Positions 47,931 to 58,700 of a DNA stretch of 64,000 bases are shown here, piece after piece; within the stretch, counting starts at the first letter, position 1, and each line of letters begins with the position of its first letter. This stretch comes from Prevotella sp. (lineage in GTDB: Bacteria; Bacteroidota; Bacteroidia; Bacteroidales; Bacteroidaceae): contig JAILFU010000193.1 in assembly GCA_024697405.1 (NCBI GenBank), positions 11,147-75,146 on the forward strand. Direction: 5' to 3'. The translations under genes and the position numbers were made by a program. The notes under the pieces are model-generated. The model searched no databases, had not been told where the DNA came from, and was given only the letters and a program-made list of their open reading frames with translations.

Positions 47931-49448
47931 TCAGCGCTTATAGCACTCGAAGATGGTGCTGACCATGCTCTTCGGCAGCTTCGGCGTAAAGAGACTGACA
48001 ATCCAGACGACGGGGAATCCGCCCAGCATGGCGATGGCACCGCAGTTGATGGGGTTGATGGGGTTGCCCAGCAGCATGTTGATGACGGTGAGACCCACGC
48101 CCCAGATGAAGCAGGCCCAGACGCTGATGCGGGTGACGCCGCGCCAGTAGAGGCCGAGCATGAACGGAGCCAGGAAGGCACCGGCCAGGGCGCCCCATGA
48201 GATGCCCATGAGCTGGGCGATGAACGTCGGCGGGTTGAGGGCAATGAGCAGGGAGATGGCGATGAAGAACATGATGAGCACGCGCATCACCACCACCTTG
48301 CGGCGCTCTATCTTCTCAGCCACGATGTCGTCGATGGAGCCGTCCTCCACCTCGCCCGGCAGCGCTTTCTTGTCGCGGTAGATGAGGTCGAGGGTCATCG
48401 TCGACGAGGAGGTGAGCACCAGCGAGGCCAGCGTCGACATCGATGCCGAGAGCACCAGCAGCACCACGAGGGCGATGAGCACGTCGGGCAGTGTGTTGAG
48501 CATGGCGGGCACGATGCTGTCGAAGGCAATCTTGCCATTGGCGCCGATGACGGGGTCGTACAGACGGCCGAAACCGCCGAGGAAGTAGCAGCCACCGGCC
48601 ACGATGAAGGCGAAGATGGTGCTGATGACGGTGCCGCGCTTGATGGCAGCCTCGTCGGTGATGCTGTAGAACTTGCCCACCATCTGCGGCAGGCCCATCG
48701 TGCCGAGCGAGGTCAGGATGACCACACCCAGCAGGCCCCACGGATCGGGGCCGAACCAAGAGGCAAAGACACCCGTCTGCCCGTCGTCGCCAGGCAGCGC
48801 GCCCAGTTTCGATACGGCCTCGCTCAGTCCGCCCTGTGCCGAAAGCACGGCGGCGATGACGGCCACGATGCCGAAGAGCATGATGATGCCCTGTATGAAG
48901 TCGTTCATGGCCGTGGCCTTGTAGCCGCCCAGGATGACATAGACGGCGGTGAGGATGGACATGATGACCACGCAGTACTCATAGGGAATGTTGAAGCCCA
49001 TCTCGAAAAGGCGCGAGATGCCGCTGTAGACGCCTGCGGTATAGGGAATGAGAAACACGAAGGCGATGATGGAGGCTGCCACACGCAGCCCCTGGTCGCT
49101 GAAGCGCGTGCCGAAGAAGTCGGGCATGGTGCGGCTCTCTATGTGCTGGGTCATCAGCTTCGTGCGCTTGCCTAGGATGAGCCAGGCCAGCAGCGAGCCG
49201 ATGACGGCGTTGCCGATGCCAATCCATGCGGAACTGAGTCCGTACTTCCATCCGAACTGTCCGGCGTAGCCCACGAAGACCACGGCGGAAAAATAGCTGG
49301 TGCCGAAGGCAAAGGCCGTCAGCCAGGGGCCTACGGCGCGCCCGCCCAATACAAAACCGTCGACACTGCTGGCCTGCTTGCGGGTGTAGACGCCCACGCC
49401 AATCATCACGGCCAGGAAAATTATCGTTAATAAGACTTTGATTATCAT
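47931..49448 (-). CDS. Sodium:solute symporter
   Basis: Many TM helices; FVLGGR, GGYKA, SASMST. Confidence 0.9.
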   Translation of the reverse strand: MIIKVLLTIIFLAVMIGVGVYTRKQASSVDGFVLGGRAVGPWLTAFAFGTSYFSAVVFVGYAGQFGWKYGLSSAWIGIGNAVIGSLLAWLILGKRTKLMTQHIESRTMPDFFGTRFSDQGLRVAASIIAFVFLIPYTAGVYSGISRLFEMGFNIPYEYCVVIMSILTAVYVILGGYKATAMNDFIQGIIMLFGIVAVIAAVLSAQGGLSEAVSKLGALPGDDGQTGVFASWFGPDPWGLLGVVILTSLGTMGLPQMVGKFYSITDEAAIKRGTVISTIFAFIVAGGCYFLGGFGRLYDPVIGANGKIAFDSIVPAMLNTLPDVLIALVVLLVLSASMSTLASLVLTSSSTMTLDLIYRDKKALPGEVEDGSIDDIVAEKIERRKVVVMRVLIMFFIAISLLIALNPPTFIAQLMGISWGALAGAFLAPFMLGLYWRGVTRISVWACFIWGVGLTVINMLLGNPINPINCGAIAMLGGFPVVWIVSLFTPKLPKSMVSTIFECYKR

Positions 49449-49462
49449 TTCGTTATTTTATT

Positions 49463-49542
49463 TTTCGAGATTTCGACATTTCGAGATTTCGACATTTCGA
49501 CATTTCGACATTTCGATGTTTCGATGTTTCGTTATTTCGACT
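49463..49542. repeat. Octamer tandem repeat TTTCG(ACA/AGA/ATG), about 10 units
   Basis: Directly visible between the porin and symporter genes. Confidence 0.9.
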
Positions 49543-49543
49543 C

Positions 49544-50629
49544 TCAAAACGCCACCTGCACCTGCGCTTGCAGCCAGTTGTAGTCTTTCGAGCTGATATT
49601 CTCGCCACAGAGGCAGCGGGTGTATTGAAGCTGCAGGCGGCACTTCTTGTAGAACCAGTATTGCAGGCCCAGCGTGAGGTTGGTCTGGTCCCAGCCGTCC
49701 ACCTTCGTGTTGCGGTCGTAGGTCTCGCCGCTGGCCACGATGTCGAGGGCATCGACAACGGGAATGCACGTGGTGACATAGCCGCCGCGCGAGCCTACGT
49801 CGCCGTCCTCTCCGCCCAGCCACTCTGCACGGATGCTGGCGGGACGGGCCTCCTTATACTTCGAACCGGCATAGGAGAGTGTCTTGTATTCCAGACCGGC
49901 GCTGTAGCGGTTGCGCTTGTAGTTGTCGCCAACGTTGATGTCGGGGTTCCAGGCGGCCTTGCCCACGGCACAGCCCGTTCCCAGATAGCCTGAGGCCACC
50001 AGGCGCAGCCCGTCGACGGGCTTCACCTCCAGCTTGGCGATGAAGTCTTTCTGGTTGTTCAGGTCCTTGCGGTTGATGCCCTGGCCGCTCATCAGGGCCA
50101 GCTCATAGTGCAGCTTGTCATTCAGCAGGTCGCCGTAGACCTCCAGACCCATGTCGCGGCCATAGTTCACGCCGTTCAGCGGGTCGGGCCCCTCGCCGGC
50201 CAGATAGAGCACGGCCTGGGAGTAGACGTCGATGAGTTCGAGCATGGTCGGCGACAGCGGGTTCTCCATTGTGTAGGAATGCTTGAACTGGCCCAGGCGC
50301 ACGGTCAGGGCCTTGTCGTTGGAGACGCGGTAGTCGGTGTAGAACTCCTGCACCACACTGGAGAAATCGTGCATGAAGAGAAAGGACCAGCGGTCGGTGA
50401 TGCGGGCCTTCGCCCAGAGCAATGTGCGCTTAAGATTGTACGCGTTAGTTTTTGTGCCGTTCGGGTCTTGATAGCTCCAGCCCCCCTGGGCATAGCCGTT
50501 GAGCGTGATTCGACTGGTCAGGTCTTTCATCCAGTCAGGTTCGGAACTCTGTTGCCCCATGGCGGCAACACTACTGAACATTGCCAGCGCTACTGCCAAT
50601 GTTCTCATTTTGCAAGCTTTTCGTTTCAT
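49544..50629 (-). CDS. OprO/OprP-like porin
   Basis: Signal peptide, GQFK, GRDMG, C-terminal QAQVQVAF; the start may be 50608. Confidence 0.75.
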   Translation of the reverse strand: MKRKACKMRTLAVALAMFSSVAAMGQQSSEPDWMKDLTSRITLNGYAQGGWSYQDPNGTKTNAYNLKRTLLWAKARITDRWSFLFMHDFSSVVQEFYTDYRVSNDKALTVRLGQFKHSYTMENPLSPTMLELIDVYSQAVLYLAGEGPDPLNGVNYGRDMGLEVYGDLLNDKLHYELALMSGQGINRKDLNNQKDFIAKLEVKPVDGLRLVASGYLGTGCAVGKAAWNPDINVGDNYKRNRYSAGLEYKTLSYAGSKYKEARPASIRAEWLGGEDGDVGSRGGYVTTCIPVVDALDIVASGETYDRNTKVDGWDQTNLTLGLQYWFYKKCRLQLQYTRCLCGENISSKDYNWLQAQVQVAF

Positions 50630-50760
50630 TTTGTCATAAATAATAGATAGAAAATAGTTCTTGCGGCGGCAAAGGTACAAATAAAATAGCAGAATGACAA
50701 AGAAAAAGGCACTTTTCTTTGTCATTCTGTCAAAATAATGATATCGGGCAACCGGCCTGT

Positions 50761-51414
50761 TCAGCCTTTCCGGGCATTCGGGCAGTGGTCGCAGAGGAAC
50801 TGGTAGACGAAGTCGTAGTCCTCGTCGCCCACGAAGACACGGTTGCGGGTCAGCAGACCGTTCACCTTGATGAGATGATAGCGGCGGCGGGGTATGAGGC
50901 GGCGAACACTGGTGAAACTGGTGGTCATCGACGTGCGGTTAGCTACCAGGATGCCCATCCCCACCATACTGAGATTGCCCCTGCCGGCTCCGGCCAGGGC
51001 GGTGAGCTTGCCGATGGCCCGGGCCTTGCCCTCTGTGCCGGGCAGCTGCTTGTGCACCACCTCCTTCTCGTCCAGGATGAAAAGGATGCTGTATTTCCAC
51101 CCGTAGTGCCAGGATACGAAGAAATAGGCCACGTAGCCAATCACAAAGAAGACGGCGATGAGCAACAGGAACCCCCGTGTCACTCCCCATACATCAGAGA
51201 GATGGAGGTTGCCCTCACAGGCGCCGAGCAGCAAGACGAACAGCCAGACGATGCCGAAGCTGATGGCCAGCACCCAGTAGACGTCGAAGAGGATGCTGGG
51301 GTTAGTGAGCATGGGCACGTCGAACACCCAGCGGTATTTGCCGTCGGGACACAGCACGGGGCGCGTGCTTTTGACGTTGTCGTAGTTTTCCTTCTTTTTC
51401 TTTTGTTTAGCCAT
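50761..51414 (-). CDS. Hypothetical membrane protein
   Basis: Two hydrophobic segments; ORF fits the operon spacing. Confidence 0.65.
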   Translation of the reverse strand: MAKQKKKKENYDNVKSTRPVLCPDGKYRWVFDVPMLTNPSILFDVYWVLAISFGIVWLFVLLLGACEGNLHLSDVWGVTRGFLLLIAVFFVIGYVAYFFVSWHYGWKYSILFILDEKEVVHKQLPGTEGKARAIGKLTALAGAGRGNLSMVGMGILVANRTSMTTSFTSVRRLIPRRRYHLIKVNGLLTRNRVFVGDEDYDFVYQFLCDHCPNARKG

Positions 51415-51436
51415 CTTGATGCTGCTTTAGGGACTT

Positions 51437-53437
51437 CTATTGCTGAAGGATGATGCCTCCGTTGGGCTGTATCGTCACCTTTGCCTTTCCTTTCTTGTCG
51501 GCCTTCAGGGTGGTGAGTGCGGGCTGTCCGCTCTTGGCATCATCCACATAGTACTTCAGCTGCGAGCCGACGGGGAAGATGCCGGTAAGGTCGAGCGACA
51601 GCTGCAGCGGCTCGGGCAGCGCGTTCAGACCTGCCACGTACCAGTCATCACCGTGGCGGCGGGCCAGCACGACGTACTTTCCCGGATAGCCGTCGACGAA
51701 GCGGGTCTCCTCCCAGGTGGTGGGCATGGCCTTCAGCCAGTCCAGCTCAAAGGACGGAAGTTCATTCGCCGTGAGGTTGTTGGGCTGCATGGCCACGCAC
51801 TGGATGGCCGTCTGCATGGTGATGCCGCTGGCCATCTCGAAGATGTCGGTGGTGTGGCGCGGATGGCGGCTCTTGTTGTCGGGCGACAGATATTTGTTCA
51901 TGATGATACCGCCCCAGTCCATGGTGCCCACCGTGTTGCGACAGAAGGGGTGCATGGTCAGGTCGAAAGGCTCGCGCTTGGCGGCTCCCTCGTTGAAGAA
52001 GACATTCTCCGAGGCCAGCACTGCCTCCGAGGCCACATAGTTGGGGTACATGCGTTCCCAGCCACGGGGCAGGGTGCAGCCGTGGAAGATGCACTGCAGA
52101 CCATAGCGGTTGGCATCGTAGAGGATGTCTTCGTAGAGCTTCATCGTCTCCTGCTTGTCGCCGCCGAAGAAATCGACCTTGATGCCTTTCACGCCTATCG
52201 ACTTCATCCACGCCATCTCGCGGTCGCGGGCCATGCCGGTGTTCATGCACTGGCGGGGCGTCTGCGGGGCGTCGTTCTCAAAGCCGTTGGAGTTGTACCC
52301 GAACGTCAGCGACACGCCCTTCCTCTGGGCATACTTCGAAAGCTCGGCGATGCGGTCGCGCCCTATGCGCTCATCCCACCAGTTGTCCACCAGGCACAGC
52401 TCAAAGCCCATGGCCGAGGCTAGGTCGATGAACTTCACCTGGTCGTCGTAGTTGATGCTGTTGTCCTGCCAGATGAGCCAGCTCCAGGTGTAGCGGCCGC
52501 TCTGGTAGTCGATGGACGGCTCGTATATCGGCTCCACCACGTCGTAGGCGATGGTGGTCTCGACAATGGGCTTCAGGCTGATGCCCACGGTGATGGTGCG
52601 CCAGGGAGTGGTGCCGGGCAGGGGAATGCCGGGCATGACCGAGCCGATGCCGTTGTTCTCACCCTCCATGGGATAGGCGATGGTGTAGCCGGTCGGGGCG
52701 TCGTAGTCGCTGAGGCGGCTGCCGCAGTAGGCACTGCTGACACCTGTCTCAGAAATCAACACCCAGCCGTCCTGTCCGCTTTTCTGCGACGGCGTCGCAG
52801 CAAAGGGAACACGGAACAGGCAGGGGAAGGTGTAGCCCTTCCCGTACTGGCTGCGGGCGGTCATCGGAGCATCGGCCTTGTATTCCTCCTCGTAGCTGGG
52901 TTTCGTGCGTTCCCAGCCAATCATCGGGTTGCTCTGCGGCGTGAGGAAGGTGGTGGTACCTTCAGGCAGGCGGAAGCTGGTCTGCTCGCTCAGGATGACG
53001 GCACTCTTCGGGTTATCGTTCCGCTGGCGGGGGATGAGGTAGCGGAAAGCCACGTCGTTGTCGCTGACAGAGAACTCCATCGACATCTTCTGCCCCCGGG
53101 CGTTCTCAAAACCTACGGTGAGCAGCGTAGCCACATAGTGTATGTGGTGCTGCTTGGCCTGCCGCATCTCGTAGCATTTGTCCACCTGCGAAGCTTTGGT
53201 CTCCGTCATCTTCAGACCATCGGTGAAGTCGCCGAAGTCGGCTTTAAAGCCCAGTGCCGAAGGCAGCAGCATTGGCTGCCCCTCCAGCGTGACAGCGTAT
53301 GTGGGGCGTCCGCCCTCGTCGCTCACCGTCACCACCAGTTTTCCGTTTGGCGAAGCCATCGTGGCCTCACGACTCATGGCTGTCAGGGGCAGCACCAGCA
53401 GTGCGCCCAGCATCAGGAATCTCATAATCTTTCTCAT
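51437..53437 (-). CDS. GH97 glycoside hydrolase
   Basis: SPNGKL, GIKVDFF, FHGCT..GWERMYPN, WEETRFVDGYPG. Confidence 0.92.
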   Translation of the reverse strand: MRKIMRFLMLGALLVLPLTAMSREATMASPNGKLVVTVSDEGGRPTYAVTLEGQPMLLPSALGFKADFGDFTDGLKMTETKASQVDKCYEMRQAKQHHIHYVATLLTVGFENARGQKMSMEFSVSDNDVAFRYLIPRQRNDNPKSAVILSEQTSFRLPEGTTTFLTPQSNPMIGWERTKPSYEEEYKADAPMTARSQYGKGYTFPCLFRVPFAATPSQKSGQDGWVLISETGVSSAYCGSRLSDYDAPTGYTIAYPMEGENNGIGSVMPGIPLPGTTPWRTITVGISLKPIVETTIAYDVVEPIYEPSIDYQSGRYTWSWLIWQDNSINYDDQVKFIDLASAMGFELCLVDNWWDERIGRDRIAELSKYAQRKGVSLTFGYNSNGFENDAPQTPRQCMNTGMARDREMAWMKSIGVKGIKVDFFGGDKQETMKLYEDILYDANRYGLQCIFHGCTLPRGWERMYPNYVASEAVLASENVFFNEGAAKREPFDLTMHPFCRNTVGTMDWGGIIMNKYLSPDNKSRHPRHTTDIFEMASGITMQTAIQCVAMQPNNLTANELPSFELDWLKAMPTTWEETRFVDGYPGKYVVLARRHGDDWYVAGLNALPEPLQLSLDLTGIFPVGSQLKYYVDDAKSGQPALTTLKADKKGKAKVTIQPNGGIILQQ

Positions 53438-53508
53438 AGCTTATAAATTTATGTCAATTCTGCTGCAAAGATAATAAAAAAACTGGAAAAGAAACGCTAC
53501 TTTAGCAA

Positions 53509-54129
53509 TTATTTATTCAGATTTGCCAAATTACGCTGTGCCAGAGCCATCCCTTGGGCGGCAGCCTGCTCAAGCCAATAGCGGGCTGAGTCGAGGTTTT
53601 GCGTCACGCCCTGGCCGTCGCGGTACATCGTGCCCAGGTTGTTCTGTGCGGCGGCATGTCCACGGCAGGCGGCCTTCAGATACCAGTGACGGGCGGCAGA
53701 GAAATCCTGCGCCACGCCATGGCCCGACTGATAGAGCCAGCCCAGATTCGACTGGGCCAGGATGTTGCCCTGCAAAGCGGCCTTGGCAAACCAGCGGGCA
53801 GCCTCGGCATAGTCCTGGGCTACGCCCTGTCCGTCCTTATACATCACGCCAAGGTTGTTTTGTGCCTCCGGCAGTCCCTGCATGGCTGCCTGACGGTAGA
53901 AACCGACGGCCACGGCATAGTCGCCCGCCTTGTCGGCAGCGACGCCCCGCCGCAGCAGTGCCTTGGCATCGGGCGGTGGTCCAGCCTCCACGGAGGGAGG
54001 CGCGGTCTGCTCTGTGCTTTCAGCCTGCCCTTCTGGTTGTTCCTTGCTGCTGCATCTGCGGGCAATGACGAGCACTGCCGCCAGCGCAAGCACGCCTATT
54101 ATCCATATATCGTTTCGTCTCATGGCCAT
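53509..54129 (-). CDS. Sel1-repeat membrane protein
   Basis: AQNNLGxMY..GQGV repeats; N-terminal TM. Confidence 0.88.
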   Translation of the reverse strand: MAMRRNDIWIIGVLALAAVLVIARRCSSKEQPEGQAESTEQTAPPSVEAGPPPDAKALLRRGVAADKAGDYAVAVGFYRQAAMQGLPEAQNNLGVMYKDGQGVAQDYAEAARWFAKAALQGNILAQSNLGWLYQSGHGVAQDFSAARHWYLKAACRGHAAAQNNLGTMYRDGQGVTQNLDSARYWLEQAAAQGMALAQRNLANLNK

Positions 54130-54360
54130 GTATTCTCTTTTCTTTGCTGCAAAGTTACGTAAAAACGAGGGAAGAACAAAAGAAAAACGGTTTTTTCTTT
54201 TGTTCTTCCGAGTGCCAGGACTCGAAACAAGTTTCGCTTTGCTCCGCAAAAAACTTCGGCGTAGCCAAAGTTACGAAAAAAAACTGAGAAACCTATGCGG
54301 AAATACAGAAAATATTTCGTATCTTTGCAGCGTGCTCCAGTTAACGACAAACCAAACTAT

Positions 54361-55791
54361 ATGAAGAAGACCGCAATCACATTGTTACTCCTGCTGCTGA
54401 CAGGAATGACTGCCACAGGACAGAAACAGAAGCCTGTGAACGACGCGAACACACCGCTACACCTGATGAAGCCCGCCTATCCTCACGGCTATGGCGTGTC
54501 GAAGCCCGAAGAGGTGAAGGCCACGATGGACAGGGTGCTCAGCTATATTGCCAGCGTGACGCCCGCCAAGCTTATTGACAACAAGACCAAGCAGCCCCTT
54601 GCCAGCCTTGATGCCGTCAATGCCGACACCCAACTGGCTCCAGGCGACTTCCGCCTGACCAGCTATGAATGGGGCGTCACCTACAGCGGCGTACTGGCCG
54701 CTTACACGGCTACCGGCGACACGACTTACCGCGACTATGCCCTGGACCGCTTCCGGCTGTTGCGCGACATCGCCCCCCGCTACCGGTCAATCTACCAAAC
54801 GCAGAAGAACATCGACGTGAACATCCGGCGTGTCATCGACCCGCATGCCCTCGACGATGCCGGTGCCGTATGCTCGGCCATGATCAAGGCATCGCTCCGC
54901 CAGCCGGAGCTGGGCCTGCGTCCGCTCATCGACAGCTACGTATCCTACATCATGAACAAGGAATACCGCCTCAGCGACGGTACCTTCGCACGCACGCGCC
55001 CGCATTATAATACGGTGTGGCTCGACGACATGTTCATGGGCATCCCTGCCCTGGCGTTGATGGGGCGGCTGACAGGTGACCAGCACTACTACGACGAGGC
55101 TGCCACACAGGTGCTGCACTTCGCACAGCGCATGTTCGTGCCCGAGGCAGGACTGTTCCGCCACGGATGGGTGGAGAACCCTTCTGCCTCAGACAAAGAT
55201 TCCAAAGAGGGCGAGTTCCATCCGGCCTTCTTTTGGGGACGTGCCAACGGCTGGGCGCTGCTGACGCTGTGCGAGGTGCTCGACGTGCTGCCCTCCAGCC
55301 ACCCCGACCGCGCGGACATTCTGGCACTGCTGCGAATCCACATCGCCAGCCTCGCCTCCCGTCAGGGGAAGGACGGATTCTGGCACCAGCTGCTCGACCG
55401 CCCCGACACCTACGAGGAGACATCGTGCACCGCCATCTACACCTATTGCATGGCTCACGCCATCAATCAGGGCTGGGTCGACGCCCTGTCGTTCGGCCCC
55501 ACCGTGCAGCTGGCCTGGCACGCCGTGGAAAGCGCAGTGAATGCCAAAGGCCAGGTGGAAGGTGTCTGCGTGGGCACGGGCATGGGCTTCGACCCCGCCT
55601 TCTACGCCTGCCGCCCCACCCATGTCATGGCTGCCCACGGCTACGGCCCTGTCATCTGGGCAGGAGCTGAGATGATTCGCCTGCTCCAGCAGCAGCACCC
55701 TAAGATGAACGATTCGGCCGTACAATTCTATCCCCAAGACATTCCTACCGATGAACCTATTTTCAATGTCGATGGCTCTACGCGCTTCTAG
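54361..55791 (+). CDS. GH105 unsaturated rhamnogalacturonyl hydrolase
   Basis: WLDDMFM, FWGRANGW, WHQLLD, ETS. Confidence 0.9.
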   Translation: MKKTAITLLLLLLTGMTATGQKQKPVNDANTPLHLMKPAYPHGYGVSKPEEVKATMDRVLSYIASVTPAKLIDNKTKQPLASLDAVNADTQLAPGDFRLTSYEWGVTYSGVLAAYTATGDTTYRDYALDRFRLLRDIAPRYRSIYQTQKNIDVNIRRVIDPHALDDAGAVCSAMIKASLRQPELGLRPLIDSYVSYIMNKEYRLSDGTFARTRPHYNTVWLDDMFMGIPALALMGRLTGDQHYYDEAATQVLHFAQRMFVPEAGLFRHGWVENPSASDKDSKEGEFHPAFFWGRANGWALLTLCEVLDVLPSSHPDRADILALLRIHIASLASRQGKDGFWHQLLDRPDTYEETSCTAIYTYCMAHAINQGWVDALSFGPTVQLAWHAVESAVNAKGQVEGVCVGTGMGFDPAFYACRPTHVMAAHGYGPVIWAGAEMIRLLQQQHPKMNDSAVQFYPQDIPTDEPIFNVDGSTRF

Positions 55792-58700
55792 CCTGATACT
55801 GATGCTGATAGCCGTGACAGGAAACGTCACGGCACGGACAACCGCAAGGGGAAACGTCACGACACGGACGGAGCCGTCGGGGCTGTCGGAGCAGCTGTTC
55901 AGCAAGTACTGGCGGGTGGAGTCGGAATCGGCAGAATACAAGGTATCGTTCCGAGGCGACACCTGCGAGCTGTTGGCTCCGAAGGGACTGACGCTCTGGC
56001 GAAAGGAGAAAATGCAGGCCGACTGTGCCGTGGAATACGACGTGCAGGTGGTGGTGGAATCTCCATCCTTCTCCGGGGAGGAGAAGAAGGCTCCCGACCG
56101 CCTGAGCGACATGAACTGTTTCTGGATGGCCAGCGACCCGGAGGCGAAGGACCTCTGGAAACGCCTGCCCTGGCGCAGCGGCATCTTCGCCCGCTGCTAC
56201 ACGCTGCAGATGTACTACCTGGGCTATGGCGGCAACTACAACACCACCACACGTTTCCGCCGCTACACGGGCGATGCGCTGGGCGTTGACAGCGCCAGCC
56301 ACCGTCCCCCCATCCTCATCGAATATACCGACCCTGCCCATCTCCTCCGTCCCGACCACTGGTACCACATCCGGCTACAGACAGCAGAAGGCCGCACGCA
56401 GATGTGGGTCGACGGGGAGCGCATCGTTGACTACCTGGACCCGGAACCGCTGACAGAGGGCTGGTTCGGCTTCCGCACCACGCTCTCACGCACCCGCATC
56501 ACCAATTTCCGCTGTTACCAGCTTGAACGGCCTTCCATCAAGTCAGGCATCCCCCTGCACTGGGTGGGAGAAGCACCCTCCGTCCCGCAGCCCGTCAGCT
56601 TCGGCATCCCCTTCGCCCCCGGCGAATTATGGGAGGTTTCCAATACGGAGAAGGTTGACACTTGGGTGAACGCCCTCTGGCCCGACGGCTCAGTGAAGTG
56701 GGCAGGAGTCGCCACCGTAGCCTCCCCCTCCGACGACCTGCTCATCCGGATGGATGTCAAGAAGAGCAAGGAGCAGAACGCTATGGACGTGCGCCTTACC
56801 GACACGCAACTGCAAGTGAGCACTGGCAGGCTGCAGGCCTACCTTCCCAGACAAGGCCGCAACATCATCGACAGTCTGGTGCTCGACGGCGTGCGAGTGT
56901 GCGGACAGGCTTGGCTGGTGGCTGCTATGGGAAACAGCAGCCTCGTGTCGCAGGTTGACTCCATCGTACTAGAACGCTCGGGCAATGTCTCGGCCGTGGT
57001 CAAGGTGGAAGGCCACCATAAAACCGGCGAAGGCCGCCTATGTCTGCCGTTTGTCCTCCGCTTGTATTTCTGGAAAGACAGCGAGCAGGTGAAGCTCGTA
57101 CATACCTTTATCTACGACGGCGACCCGCAGCGCGATGCCATCACCTCGCTGGGCATCCGCTTCGACGTGCCCATGCGGCAGGAACCCTACAACCGCCACA
57201 TCGCCTTCTCTACCGACGACGGCGGCGTATGGGCAGAGCCGGTACAGCCCGTCGACGGACGGCGCCCCCTGACCATCCGTGAGGCGCAGCGCCGCCAGAT
57301 GGAAGGACACTCCCTGCCTCCCTACAACGACCTGAACCCAATGGACCGCCAGCTCATCGACAGCTGGGCCGCCTGGGACGGCTTCCGTCTCTCCCAGCTC
57401 ACCGACAACAGCTTCTCCATTCGCAAGCGCGCCGTCAGCCCCGCCTCTACCAGCAGTCCCGCAGGTGACATTGCCAACGCCACCCCCTGGATAGGCACCT
57501 TCACCGGCCGTCGCGCACCGGGCTATGTCTTCGCTGGCGACACCCACGGCGGCTTGGCCGTCCACATGCAGGACTTCTGGCAGTCGTACCCCTCCACCAT
57601 CCAGATAGACCATGCCCGCAGCGACGAGGCCGAGCTGACCATGTATATGTGGAGCCCAGAGGCCGAGCCGATGAACCTGTGCCACTACGACACCATCGCC
57701 CACGGCCTGATGGCCAGCTACGAGGATGTGCAGGAGGGACTGTCCACACCCTACGGCATAGGCCGCACCACCACCCTCTGGCTCTACCCGCAGCCCGGCT
57801 ATCCCGGCAAGAAGTCTTTCAGCGAACAGGCCTTGCTCTTCGATGCCAGCCCACGCCTGCTGCCCACACCGGAATACCTCCACCAGAAGCGGGCCTTCGG
57901 CATCTGGAGCCTGCCCGCTGCAGCTGGTGCCTCCGGCAGCACGCTCCAATCTTCCCTTGCCGAGCAGCGCCTCGCGCAATACCTCGACTTCTACCTCAAG
58001 GCCATCGAGCAGCACAAGTGGTACGGTTTCTGGGACTATGGCGACCTGATGCACGCCTACGACCCCGTGCGCCATGAGTGGCGCTACGACGTGGGCGGCT
58101 TTGCCTGGGACAATACCGAGCTGGCCACGCCCATGTGGCTGTGGTACTCGTTCCTGCGAACAGGACGGGCCGACGTTTGGCGCATGGCCGAGGCGATGAC
58201 CCGCCACAACAGCGAGGTGGACACCTACCATCTGGGACCGCTGGCTCCGCTAGGCTCGCGCCATAACGTCAGCCACTGGGGCTGCGGTGCCAAGGAGGCA
58301 CGCATCTCGCAGTCGGCCTTCCTCCGCTTCTATTATTACCTGACAGGCGGCGACGGGCGCACAGGCGACGTGATGCACCAGCAGACCGATGCCGACACCC
58401 TGCTCTACCACCTCGACCCCATGCGCCTGGCAGAGCCGCGCTCGCAGTTTCCCACGACGGCCCCAGCCCGCCTGCGCCTAGGCCCCGACTGGCTGGCCTA
58501 CGCCGGCAACTGGCTGACGGAGTGGGAACGGACGGGCAACACCTTCTACCGCGACAAGATTCTCGCAGGACTTGAGAGCATCGCCCAGCTGCGCCACGGC
58601 TTCTTCACCGGCAACAAGGCGCTGGGCTACGATCCCGCCACAGGCCGCATCAGCTACGAAGGCCCTGCCGACCGCCAGAACACCAACCACCTGGCCACCA

